Below are positions 1 to 11,495 of a stretch of DNA of 64,000 bases, piece by piece (the stretch's first letter is position 1; each line of letters begins with the position of its first letter). Made by a program: the position numbers and the translations under genes. The stretch is from assembly GCA_030390025.1 (NCBI GenBank), contig CM059432.1:96970001-97034000 (forward strand), written 5' to 3'. Under the pieces are notes generated by a model that did not search any database, was not told where the DNA came from, and saw only the letters and a list, made by a program, of their open reading frames with translations. This DNA comes from Squalus acanthias. Lineage: Eukaryota.

Positions 1-983
1 AAATGTGCTGTCAAACAGTGAAATCTTTATTTTCAACACTTTATGTTCTTGGACAGATTTGTGTGCAGCTTTGAAAGTGTCTTAGTGAGTTGCTGTAAAT
101 GGTGAGACATAACGTCCCTCCCCCTCCCAATGGTGATGAGTGTGAAAGGAATTGCTTGGACATTGTAGAGATGCGTTATTGTGCTGGTGTGGGATGGTGC
201 CAACCTGGTGCATCCTGTGGTAGCCAGGGGGTATAGTGTTAAGTGAAGCTAATCTGGACATGGTGAGACAATCCCTGGCCTCCCGGGCAGCAATGTGCAT
301 GGGTGATGATGCCCTATGTCCAGTGCAGCATCAGTTGATTGCGGAGAAGATTAGTGTTGATGTTGGTGCTGCTGGTGTGCCCGGTGATGCTGGTGTTGGG
401 GCTGATCATTTTGGGATTCTGAGGACCAAGGTGAGAGAGTATAAAGGGCACCGATGATGATGGAATAGATGGCAGGTGAGGTTGAGATGACAGAAGTAAT
501 CTGTCAGTGTTTAGATAGGTTGTTCCAAGGAGGTGACAGTGGATGGAGAGATTACTCCAAACACTTCAAAAGTGCATAAAGCTCAAAAGTGGGTTCCAAA
601 TACTGAAGACTGAAGCTTCTGAGATTGGAAACTGACCAGCTGTAAAATGGCAGGTTTTAAACCACTTTTGCAGCTATCACCTAATGAAATAAATGGAGAG
701 TTGTTCAGAACCCGACATACTTACCTGGCGTGATCCCCGAGCGATGGGAACCTCTGGAACTGGTAAAATGGGGATTTAATTACTTTAAACACCCTCCTAA
801 CAAGCACAATTGAATGACCTGCCGCTTAGTGCCGTGTCTGCAAAGCGCAGGCAGAACTGGCATTTGGGAAACTGACAAGGAGGCGGGTTCAGAACGGGAT
901 ACTGGCCCGCTGTCAATCTTTTTGATTTTGACAGCGGACCCGCCTCCAAACCCGCCCTCTTAGCGCAGGCAAAATTCAGCCCC
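1..983. mobile_element. Right part of a non-autonomous PIF/Harbinger-derived element, related to 9581-11364 and truncated by the window edge
   Basis: Colinear similarity to ~10370-11364 (e.g. tgtcaaacagtgaaa, ggtgctgctggtgtgcc, ttctgaggaccaaggtgaga). Ends in a TIR-like AAAATTCAGCCCC. Confidence 0.7.
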
Positions 984-1069
984 AGGAATGTGGATGCATT
1001 GCCTCCTATGATTTCCTGTCTATTTGAAAGAACTTGAATTTATATAGTGACTTATCACATCTGCATATT

Positions 1070-2730
1070 GGCCCTGAATTTGCGGTCAGTATGACGGTGT
1101 ACTCATACTGCCTTTGAAACTGACTGCAACTTCGGGATTTGACAGAAATCCTGAAGTTGTGGTCTGTCAATAACAGCTCCGAAACTGGCTGCGGTGTGGC
1201 CACTGCCCCTCCCCGCCCCCCACCAACAGAGCCGACAATCAGTGAAATCTCATAAATCATTGAAACTGACAAAAACTTCGGCTCTTCCGCAGTAAGTATG
1301 CTGTTAAATTCCCCACTAATTGTTAGACTCAAAGGGATTAGGTGTAACTGGGGTTTTAACAACGTATTGACTGCTAAAGAAATGTTAAGGGCCTGGAAAA
1401 CTAATTTTAATTTTGTGCAGTGTGAAATTTGTCCATTTTAATAAAAAGTAAAATTTTTAGGAATCTTTTCAAAAAAATATAACTTTTTTCAAAAGTTTTT
1501 GCATCTTTATTTCAGGTTTGCCTTTTCCCCATGTGAGGACCCCAATCTTTCTTTTGCTCTCTCTAACTATTTTAAAAAGTTAGGGGTAAAAATTAGGTCG
1601 CGCCCCATTTGGGGCGCAAATATCGTCTGGACGCAAATATTAGCGCCTGGCGCTAATTATCGGCACTGACTGGAAACTTCACTTTTACCGCCCCGGGAGG
1701 TGAGTGGAGCGCTAAATCAGGCGCTGCACACCTGTCTTAAGGCGCAAAGGCCAAGGAGTGAGGCGCTACCTCAGAGCGCTGGCGAAGCTCATGTAATGTC
1801 AGTCAGCAATGGAACACACACACTATGGCACGGGCCAGTTCTTAAAGGGGATGGTTAATCTTGCTTTCCATCCACATCCTGTTCATTGCAGCCTTGAATC
1901 TCGGCCTGGAGAGACTTGCACATCAAATGTGCTGGAAAGAACAATGGAGAGTACCAGGCAAAGAGCTCAGAGTGCAGCTCCCACAGTCTCTGCTAAATCG
2001 ATACAAGGAATGGCAAATCAAAATGAACCTGCAAAGTGCTGCTCAGTACCCAAAACTCCTTCACACAACGTTGAATCTCTCCAGAAGTCTCTCCCTCTCG
2101 CTCGCAGAATGCGTAGTTCAAAAATGCCACCAACAATAAAAGACAGGAAGAGGCCCCCTTTAAATAGCGCCCACCCCCCAGCCCCACAGCGATTGATAGC
2201 GTTCCAGTCTTCTGGTCGTTGGATGCGCCAGGCGGTAAGGCAGGGGGCGCCACTCAATTTCCGCTCCGGGGCGCCACAAGGGCGTTGCACCATGGAATGA
2301 CGTCACAATCTGCGCGCGCAGGTGGTCGCAGCGGTAAAGTTTAGCGCCGCCGCACAATCTCTAGTTAAGTTCCCGAGCGGCGCAAACATCGCTGCGCCCG
2401 GGCGTTAGCGGCTTTGCGCCCCATTAGCGCCCTCTTAAGGCGCTAACGGGAGGCGCAACCAACTGAATTTTTACCCCTTAGAATTTTAAGGGCTTACCCA
2501 TTTCCTTGTTTGCTGTCTCTGAGAATTCTGCCTTTTGATTGGCTGCTTGAACAGCCTGTTGACATCACAGCAGTTCACACAAGGGGATCCCCATTAAGTT
2601 CCGTTGAATTGAATTCAAGGTCAGAAAATGCGAAGTTCTCGACACAGGGATTGCGAGATCCCTCTGTGGAGCGTTCTTCAGGGCCAGCAGCGAACGCTTT
2701 TGCTTCGCTGCTGGTCGCAAATTCCGGGCC
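1070..2730. mobile_element. Older Harbinger-type MITE, host of the nested young MITE 1583-2477
   Basis: Imperfect TIRs GGCCCTGAATTTGCGGTCAG / CTGGTCGCAAATTCCGGGCC. A homologous copy in opposite orientation lies at ~24803-27819. TSD not clean. Confidence 0.7.
1583..2477 (+). mobile_element. Young 895-bp Harbinger MITE, internal-deletion derivative of the 36714-40876 family
   Basis: TIR GGGGTAAAAATT...AATTTTTACCCC with TTA TSD (1580-1582 / 2478-2480). Termini nearly identical to 36714-40876; ~99% identical to 60008-60902. Confidence 0.95.
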
Positions 2731-2799
2731 GATGTCTCAAAGAGCCAGTCTGGTTCAGCTCCATGAGGAATCTGTGAATTTGTAAAACTACCCCTCATA

Positions 2800-2900
2800 T
2801 GTTGTTTCCTACAGTACAACAGTGAATACACTTCAAAAAAAGTACTTCATTAGCTATAAAGTGCTTTCAGACAGGTTGTAAAAGTGCTAGTCTTTCTTTC
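2800..2900 (+). mobile_element. Degenerate SINE/L2-type 3' tail fragment
   Basis: cacttcaaaaaaagtacttcattagctataaagtgctttc...aagtgctagtctttctttc resembles the L2-derived tail of vertebrate Deu-type SINEs. Confidence 0.45.
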
Positions 2901-4757
2901 AGGTGGTATGTTTTTGACAGTGGCTCATAGCAATGACCTTGATGTTATGTACTTTTATGTACCTATGATACAGTCTCAAAGGTACTTGAAGTTCAATACA
3001 CAAAAAGTGACTTATCAACATAGTGTGGTGCCTTCAGCCTGGCTCCAATACCCATAGCACTCATGAAAGACTTGTCGATTATGCCAGACTTCCTGAATTT
3101 GACTAAAATATTATAATATCTGTTCTTCACCATAATGACTCATTCTGTTCGTATTTCTCAGCCAAAGAAGGCTCAGTTCTTTTATGTGCTACAATTTGGT
3201 GTCAGCCAATTTCTGGTTTTCTTTTGCAGACCAGACTTGTTTTCTCAAATGTAAGGGTAAATTTGACATAACTCTGTGATGAGCCTAAATTTATTTTAAT
3301 GGTGCATTTTACACCAAAATGACAGTTGGCAGCTTTTGGAAAGACATAAATGGAAGTGAACTGTTTGCCGAATTTTCCTAGGTTAGAGCATAACTTCAGT
3401 TGCAGATATGAGCACCTTAGTGGTAGGAGTGGAAAACTATATGTAAGTGAAATTTAAAAAGATGGGGAAATTAAAGCAGAGTGCCAAAATAAGGAGACAA
3501 AAATTCTGAATGACTTTTGAATGCCTCAAAAGACATATCAACTGAACAACATCCCTAAGACTGAAATGGCAGGGTTGAAGAGAGGCAGGCAAAGATTACG
3601 GCAAATAAACCCGAAATAAAGACATGAGTCTGCAGGCAAGTAACAGATACAGGCCAGCATCTGACCCCTGTTTGATGCCTAAATTGAAAGTGGTGCTGTG
3701 TGAGATGGTTGCGAGGAGGGTTGTTCTCTATGTGATTCCATGACACCGCTCCCATAGGTCAACATTGCAGCATGCCAGCAAGGAGGAGGAGTCAATTTTT
3801 AGATCACAGCTGGCCGTTACTGTCAGTGGATGTGCAAGTGCCTACTGCAAACAGCATCAGTAGAGTTCTGCAGCTGGCTCTCTGCTGATGCTGTGAAGAC
3901 ATTTCCCACAATCATTACTAGGCAAATGTGTCAGGGCCTACAGAAATAAGTGAAGGTTTCTGGGTGGGTCTGGCCTATCAGGCTATGCTGGCTGTGGATC
4001 ACCCTGGTATGCCTTCCTTCTTGCACTGCCATTGACTGCATTTCATACCTTGAGAGGGGTGCTTGCAAGGAAACATCCAACATTACAATAAGTGGAGCAC
4101 TCACACGACTTAGTAGTCCCATTCGGTCTCCTGCTCCAGCTTCCTTTGAATATAAAAGCTTGTCTGGAAAGTGAACTCTGTTTGCCTCTGTCTGCAGATA
4201 TGGGTTTGCAGGTATCAGTGCAGCCCGAACTATCTGGCATCATTTCATTGATCCTCATCTTCATGTAAACATGTAAGATATGGGAGTTCAGCTGGGAAAC
4301 AAGTTGGTATCCATATTGTTGGTGGAAAATTAAATAATGTGCAACCAATAACAATGCCTCAAGAGAACCTAAATGCTAGCAAGAAAATAAAAACAGGGGC
4401 TGATCTCTGCAGAACCTCTGTTGTCAGATCTTACTATCACCTCTGACTCTTCTGGCGCCGTGAGAATATTGAATGAAGGAGCTCCACACATATAAAGATA
4501 CTGCAAGGAAGGGTCAGAGAGAGCAGGTAGCTAACCTTGGCTGCTCAGTTAAGGTCATTTAATTTGTTCATGCACAGCAAATGAGTCCTGGGGTTCAAGA
4601 AATGGCACTCATTGCCACAGCCGCCATCATCTCCATGGCTCACTGAAGTTTATTGCTCATTTCTTTGATTGCCATCCTTGTCGTCCATGTTCTGCAGTAG
4701 TGCCACATTCTCTATATGTAGGTTTTATATCCTCCTGTGCACCAGGTCTCTGCCTCT

Positions 4758-7277
4758 CATAGGAACATCGGAACATAGGAAAAGAAGTAGGCCATTCAGC
4801 CTCTTGAGCTTGTTCCGCCATTCAGTGAGATTATGGCTGATCTGCGACCTAACTCCATATACCCGCCTTTGGGCCATATCCCTTAACACCTCTGGTTAAC
4901 AGAAATCTATCAATCACTGATTTAAAATTAATAATTAATCTAACATCAATTGCCATTTGTGGAAGAGTGTTCCAAACTTCTACCACCCTTTGTGTGTAGA
5001 AGTGTTTCCTAATTTCATTCCTGAAAGGTCTGGCTCTAATTTTTAGACTATGCCCCCTAGTCTTAGAATCTCCAACCAGCGGAAATAGTTTCTCTCTATC
5101 TTCCCTATCTGTTCCCCTTAATATCTTGAAACCTTCGATCAGATCACCCCTTAACCTTCTAAATTCTAGGAATACAACCCTAATTTGTGTAATCTCTCCT
5201 CGTAATTTAATTCTTGAAGTCCGGGTATCATTCTGGTAAACCTACGCTGCACTCCCTCCAAGGCCAATATATCCTTCCTAAAGTGTGGTGCCCAGAACTG
5301 CTCAGAGTACTCCAGGTGTGGTCTAACCAGGTTTTTTTTATAGCTGCAGCATAATTTCTACCCCCTTGTATTTTAGTCCTCTAGATATAAAGGCCAGCAT
5401 TCCATTAGCCTTTTTGATTATTTTCTGTTCCTGTTCATGACATTTTAATGATCTATATACCTGGACCCCTAAGTCTCTTTGGACCACCACTGTTTTTAGC
5501 CTTTTGCCATTTAGAAAGTACCCTGTTCTATCCTTTTTAGGTCCAAAGTGGATGACCTCACATTTGCCTACATTGAAATCCATTTGCCACAGTTTTGCCC
5601 ATTCACTTAATCTGTCGATATCCCTTTGTAATTTTATGCTTCCATCTACATTGCCTACAATTCCACCTATCTTTGTGTTGTCGGCAAATTTGGATATATG
5701 ACTTTCTATGCCATCATATAAGTCATTAATAAATACTGTGAATAGTTGAGGCCCCAACACAGATCCCTGTGGGACACCACTAGTCACATCCTGCCAATTA
5801 GAGTACCTGCCCATTATCCCTACTCTCTGTCTCCTGCCGCTCAGCTAATTTCCTAACCAGGTCAACAATTTGCCCTCAATTCCATGGGCTTCAATCTTAG
5901 ATAACAGTCCCTTAGGTAGGAATGTATCAAATGCCTTCTGGAAGTCCATATAAATAACATCCATAGACATTCCCCTGTCCACTACTTTAGTCACCTCTTC
6001 AAAAAATCAGTCAGGTTCGTCAGGCATGACATAACTTTCACAAATCCATGCTGGCTCTCTCTGATCAACTGAAAATTTTTGAGGTGTTCAGTCACCCTAT
6101 CCTTAACTATAAACTCTAGCAATTTCCTGACAACAGATGTTAGGCTAACTGATCTATAATTCCCTGGTTTCCCTCTCTCACCATTTTTAAATAGCAGAGT
6201 GACATGCGCAATTTTCCAATCTAAAGAAATGGTTCCTGAATCAAGAGAACTTTGGAAGATTATAGTTAGGGCATCTGCAATGCACTCACCTACTTCCTTT
6301 AAAACCCTGGGATAGAAACTATCTGGTCCTGGGGATTTGTCACTCTTTAGTGCCATTATTTTCTTCATTACTGTTATTTTACTTACATTAATTTTATTGA
6401 ATCCCTGATTTAGTTTCCTTGGGATTTCTGGCATGCTATCCTCTTCCTCTACTGTAAATACTGATGCAAAGTAGTTATTCAACATGTCCGCCATTTCCTT
6501 ATTATCATTGATAATATCACCGCTTTCAGTTTTAAAGGGGCCAACATTGCTCCTGACTGGCCTCTTTTTCCTAATATAACTGTAAAAAAAAATTGTGTTG
6601 ATTTTGATATCCCTTGCAAGTTTCCTTTCATACTCCCTTTTTGTAGCTCTTACTATCTATTTTGTGACCCTTTGCTGGTCTTTGTATCTTTCCCATTCAC
6701 CAGGATCTGTGCTATTTTTTGCATTTTTGTATGCTTTTTCATTTAGTTTTATGCTGTCCCTTACCTCTTTAGTCGTCCATGACTGTTTCTTTTAGTAAGT
6801 AGAGGTCTTGCCCCTCAGCTGTATAAACTGGTTCTGTATCACCTTAAATTATTTTTTGAACATCTCCCACTGATCTTCTGTCATTTTACTCATTAACAGA
6901 TTTGCCCAGTTTACTGTGGACAGCGTCTGTCTCATCCGTTTGAAGTCGGCCTTACCCAAATCTAGAATCTTAGTAGCTGTTTTGCGATTCTCCCTTTCAA
7001 ATGCTACGTTGAACTCGATCATGTTATGATCACTATTGGATAAATGTTCACGCACAGTTAGGCTGTTAACTAAATCTGGCTCATTACTCATTACTAAATC
7101 TAATATGGCATGCCCCCTTGTTGCCTCTTGGACATATTGCTGTAGAAAACTATCCCGGACACACTCAAGAAATTCATTACCTTTCTGACAGTTGCTAGTC
7201 TGCTTATCCCAATCTATATAAAAGTTAAAATCCCCCATTAAAACTACTCTGCCTTTACTACACGCTTGTCTAATCCT
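4758..7277 (-). mobile_element. 5'-truncated, disrupted CR1 LINE (ORF2 remnant: endonuclease C-terminus plus RT)
   Basis: ORF pieces MGDFN...ILDLV...SDHN (6849-7238), KSPGPD...NYRSVSLTS...QHGF (5991-6494) and GVPQGSVLGP...KFADN (5338-5814). CR1-type tail TTCCTATG repeats at ~4758-4780. Confidence 0.92.
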
Positions 7278-7838
7278 CCCGGTATTTTATGGCTGCAGCC
7301 CTGACTTCTCCCCTCAACTTTTTTGGGCCCTCCCCTTTTTCTCGCCACTGACAACCTATTTAGGGCCTAAAATTCTCTCTCGCTTCGTTCTCCAAGTCCC
7401 AAACTGTATTTAGATAGTCTGCACGTCTATACATCTTTGAATTGGCCGACCCCCAAATTTACAGCAGAGTCAGCGCCATGCTCTTGGGGAAGGCAGAAGT
7501 CTTACTCCACCTCGGATGCGATGCTGATGCAATAGCGCAATCAGAATTGTGGGCTCTATGGTTCCGGCATTGCAGGAACCTTCACATGCCACCCATGAAA
7601 TGCAACTGTTGCACAACATAAGCTGTAATGTTAAATTGATCTTCTGGAGTTCACAAGATTATAAGAGGCGATGGAGAAATTTCACAATGTTTCTTTATTT
7701 TTTGGACGTTTAACTTGAAGTTGTTCACATTTTCTGGTTAGATATATTTGTGCAGGATGCAATAAATTGTTCACAGCCTATGAAAGGAACTACTACTTGT
7801 GTCAAGTGAACTTTCCTTCTATATTTTCTGCTGTTAAT

Positions 7839-8578
7839 GGCCCAGATTTTGCTGCCAAAATAATGGTGAGTTTAATGCCTATGCTATTATTAACGTGTAA
7901 ATTGTCCAGCAATTTATGGTGAGGAAGAGATACCCTGTAAATTGCCAAACGCCACAAGTTGCTGGACAATTTTCGCTGCACCGTCGTTAGCCCCCCATAA
8001 CAGCAGCTCACCGTCAACCTCCCCATGAGTTTCACGAAATTGCTGCATTTGCACATTAATTGCCAATTAAAAGCAGAAAGTTAGAACGAGTATTTAACAG
8101 CGTAAGTATCTTTTTAATGATGAGATTTATGTTCCTACAATGCCACTTAACCTCTCTGACCCAGAAAGGGAATATTTGAAATTGTGGAGCCTCATTCGTA
8201 CAGGTAGTAAACTGTTGTTAGCGAATTTTTTAAATGTAACATTTACATTTTTTTTTCCTTACTTTTCTTTTCTATCTCTTTTTTCTTTCTCGCTCTTTAT
8301 TTTCTCGTTCTGTACCTGATTTGAATCTAATTCACCCTATTTCCTTCTCCTTCCTTCCTCTGTTTCTTTCTCAGTCCTTAAATCACATTGGTTAAGGTGA
8401 TAGATTGTTAGTTCCGTCGATCACTAAGGTCCAAGATGCCTCGTTGCCCTCGTGCTGTGATCAGCTCGCACTTCCAGCAACTTTCAGGGCAAAACATTTT
8501 TGAGCTGAAGGTTAAGGGAAAAACATTCTAACTAATGGGCCATGCCGTGCAATGCCCCGCTCCAGCAAATTCTGGGCC
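7839..8578. mobile_element. Harbinger-type MITE (740 bp)
   Basis: TIRs GGCCCAGATTTTGCTG / CAGCAAATTCTGGGCC; 3-bp TSD AAT (7836-7838 / 8579-8581). Confidence 0.85.
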
Positions 8579-9580
8579 AATTATTTTGCTTTCCTTGTAA
8601 TCTTTGCTCAATTCGTATCTCACATTGAGCTTTATGAGGATTCATCCATTATTTGTTTCATCATATCGCTTTCTGAAAACCAAATGATATCTTTCCCTGG
8701 TATTGAAGTTGATGATTGCAAAATTGGACACTTTTTGTGACCCTCAGTATCATCCGTGATTTTGAACTTCTTTAAAAACAGTTCCACTTTTAGACTCTGC
8801 ATTTGGAAGTCCAATGAGTGAGGTGATTCCTCATTTTGTTTACCGTAATCATACAGAATTTAAATTATCTTGAAATTTCACTTACCTGAGCAAGCAGATT
8901 ATGATGCCCAAAAATGTTTGACATTAATGCATTCCATTCAGGCTGAATGTACTTTTTTTGATAGAACCAAGGATTTATCTTTCCCAGCAATTAATTATTT
9001 ATTTATTTAATTTAATAATAATAAAACTTTAAATAACTAAAATTCCGAACAAAATATTACTTGATGAGTGCTAGAATGTATTTTATAAAATAAATTAGCT
9101 GATCAGGGATTGCCAGAGAATGTAAAAGCTCATTTGATTTGGGTTATAGTCATTTCATGAGCCATTGTCTAGTCAGCCACCTTAGATTCTATCTGTACAG
9201 AAACCACAAGCAGTAATATCCATGTCTTCACTAAACATTACTGCTTATGTCTATCTTCTCAAGCCAATGACATTTTGCCACATTACTCTTGAAGGCTGAC
9301 CTTAAAATCAAATCATAAAATTACATCCATCCAGTTTTTGGTATCCCTTGGTGCACGTGGGGGCATAAAAGAAAGATAAAGGCACATATGCTTTTGATAT
9401 AATTTTTCTCATAACTTCACTGAAATTTATCTTGCATGAACAAAGTTCCCATCATTCTTTCTCACTCTCTAAACTGATTTGAAATTGTTTTCTTCAACAA
9501 CTATTCATTTGCTGTCTAAATAAAACAAGAAAGTTTCCAGGAATTGCTTATGCAGCATGGGAGCATGAGACAATCTTAAG

Positions 9581-11364
9581 GGCCGCAATTTCCCCTACCT
9601 CGGCGGGTCCGTGGCGGGCGATGTCAGTGACGGGTCCCGACCCCTCTGCTGGCTTCAGCCTGCTGCATAGAATGATTTTACGTTGATTGGGATTGTTAAG
9701 CCCGCCCAGCATGTTTCCCGGCCAATTGAAGGAAACGGGTCTGATGATGTAATTTGATGATATGTCATCAGCCGGTTTCCTTAAAGGGACCATGTCCAAA
9801 TTGATTTTGACATTTGTGCTGTCAGTGTTCTGCAGCATTGAGGTGCTGCAACCACTGACAAGCACTGCACAAAGGTGCACTGCTGCACCCGGGCTCTCCC
9901 ATGACTCCCTTCATATGCATTTGGAGGGAGTCACAGCACACAGGGAGATCCTCTTCCCTTCCAATGGGATGGTGAGAGCTCCCCAGGAGACCAATGCAGC
10001 CTGGTTGCACATTGCACAGGAGGACACAAGCAGGGATGTCGTCAGGAGGACCAGGCTGCAGTGGCGCAAACCTTTCAATGATCTCAATAGATCACGAAAC
10101 GTTACTGCAAAGCCTCAATCAACCTCATTCTGCTGTGCCACTCATCACATCCTCATCACTCTGCCTTCCCTACCCTACTCCTGCACATCCTTACTCACAC
10201 CAACTTACCTTGCACCTCCACCCATCCCTCTCTATCTACATTATCACTTCCCCATCTCACTAGCCACCCCTCACACTCACCCTCATTCTAGTCCAATCAT
10301 AACAACTAACAACACTCAAGGGTAGGCACTTGGGTGTTTTAGCCAATGTTCATGTAAATTTTCTGTTAATGTGGTGTCAAACAGTGAAACCTTTATTTTC
10401 AATACTTTGCCTTCTTGGATAGATCTGTGTGCACCTTTGGAAGTGGCTTCGTGAGTTGCAGTGAATGGTGAGACATAACGGTACCCCCCACAATGGTGAT
10501 GAGTGTGAAAGGAATGGCTTGGGCATTGTAGGAATCCTTTACGGTGTTGGTGTGGGGTGGTGTCAACCTGGCGAATGATGTGGTAGCCAGGGTGTGCAGC
10601 ATCAAGTGAAGTAAATCTGGCCATGGTGAGGCCATCGCTGGCGTCCCGGGCAGCAATGTGGTCGGGTGCTGATGCCCTCTGTCCTGTGCAGCATCAGGTG
10701 ATTGCGGAGAAGGTTGGTGTGGTTGTTGGTGCTGCTGGTGTGCCTGGTGATGCTGGTTTTGCAGCTGATCGTGGTGGGATTCTGAGGACCAAGGTGAGAT
10801 AGTTTCAAGGGCACCGATGATGATGTAATAGATGGTAGGTGAACTTGAGATGACAGAAGCGATCTGTCAATGGTGACAGAGGTTGTTCCAATGAGGTGAC
10901 ACTGGATAGAGAGTTTGCTCCAAACACTTGCAGCCTGCATAAAGCTCAATCTGTCTTCCAAATGCAGTAAGCAACAGCTTCTGAGCTTAGAAAGTGAACA
11001 ACTGTGAGATGGGAGCCTTTATAGCACATGTGCAGCTGTCAAGTAATGAGATGATTCCATGGTCATTCAACTCCCAACCTCCTTACCTGATGTGATCCCC
11101 GAGTAGCGTGAACCCCGTGAGCAACCTCGTAAAATGGTACAATGAGCTCAAAATACTTTTTAATGGGCTGTTAACAAGGTCATAATGACCTGAATTGCAT
11201 CTCCCGCCGCTGTGTGTCAGGTCGATTCAGCCCTGACAGACCCGACATCTGGGAAATTCGTCTGGCGGCGGATTGACAGCAGGTTCCTGACCCACTGTCA
11301 AAAAATTTTTTTCCCACCCAACCCGCCACCGAACACACCCGCTGACCCCTCGAAAAATTCTCCC
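9581..11364 (+). mobile_element. Non-autonomous Harbinger derivative retaining a decayed Myb/SANT exon 1
   Basis: Degenerate TIRs with AAG TSD (9578-9580 / 11365-11367). The ORF at 9762 contains SHDSLHMHLEGVTAHREILFP...AAWLHIAQEDTSR...QWRKPFNDL (Myb_DNA-bind_5/NAIF1-like). Confidence 0.8.
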
Positions 11365-11495
11365 AAGGATTTCATGAGATGCAGGAGCTCTGATAATTTC
11401 CATTTACAAAAACACAGGTCACACCACAAATAGCCAAACTAATATTTTGGCATTTGGTCTGATTCTGTTTGCAAAAGATTGGTTTTAAGGTCTTA

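Noticed and set aside
1809..2300. 163-aa and 178-aa ORFs in the MITE copies (also 60233-60769)
   Set aside because: They span the deletion junction and promoter DNA, and the two copies differ in frame at a C-run, so no conserved product.
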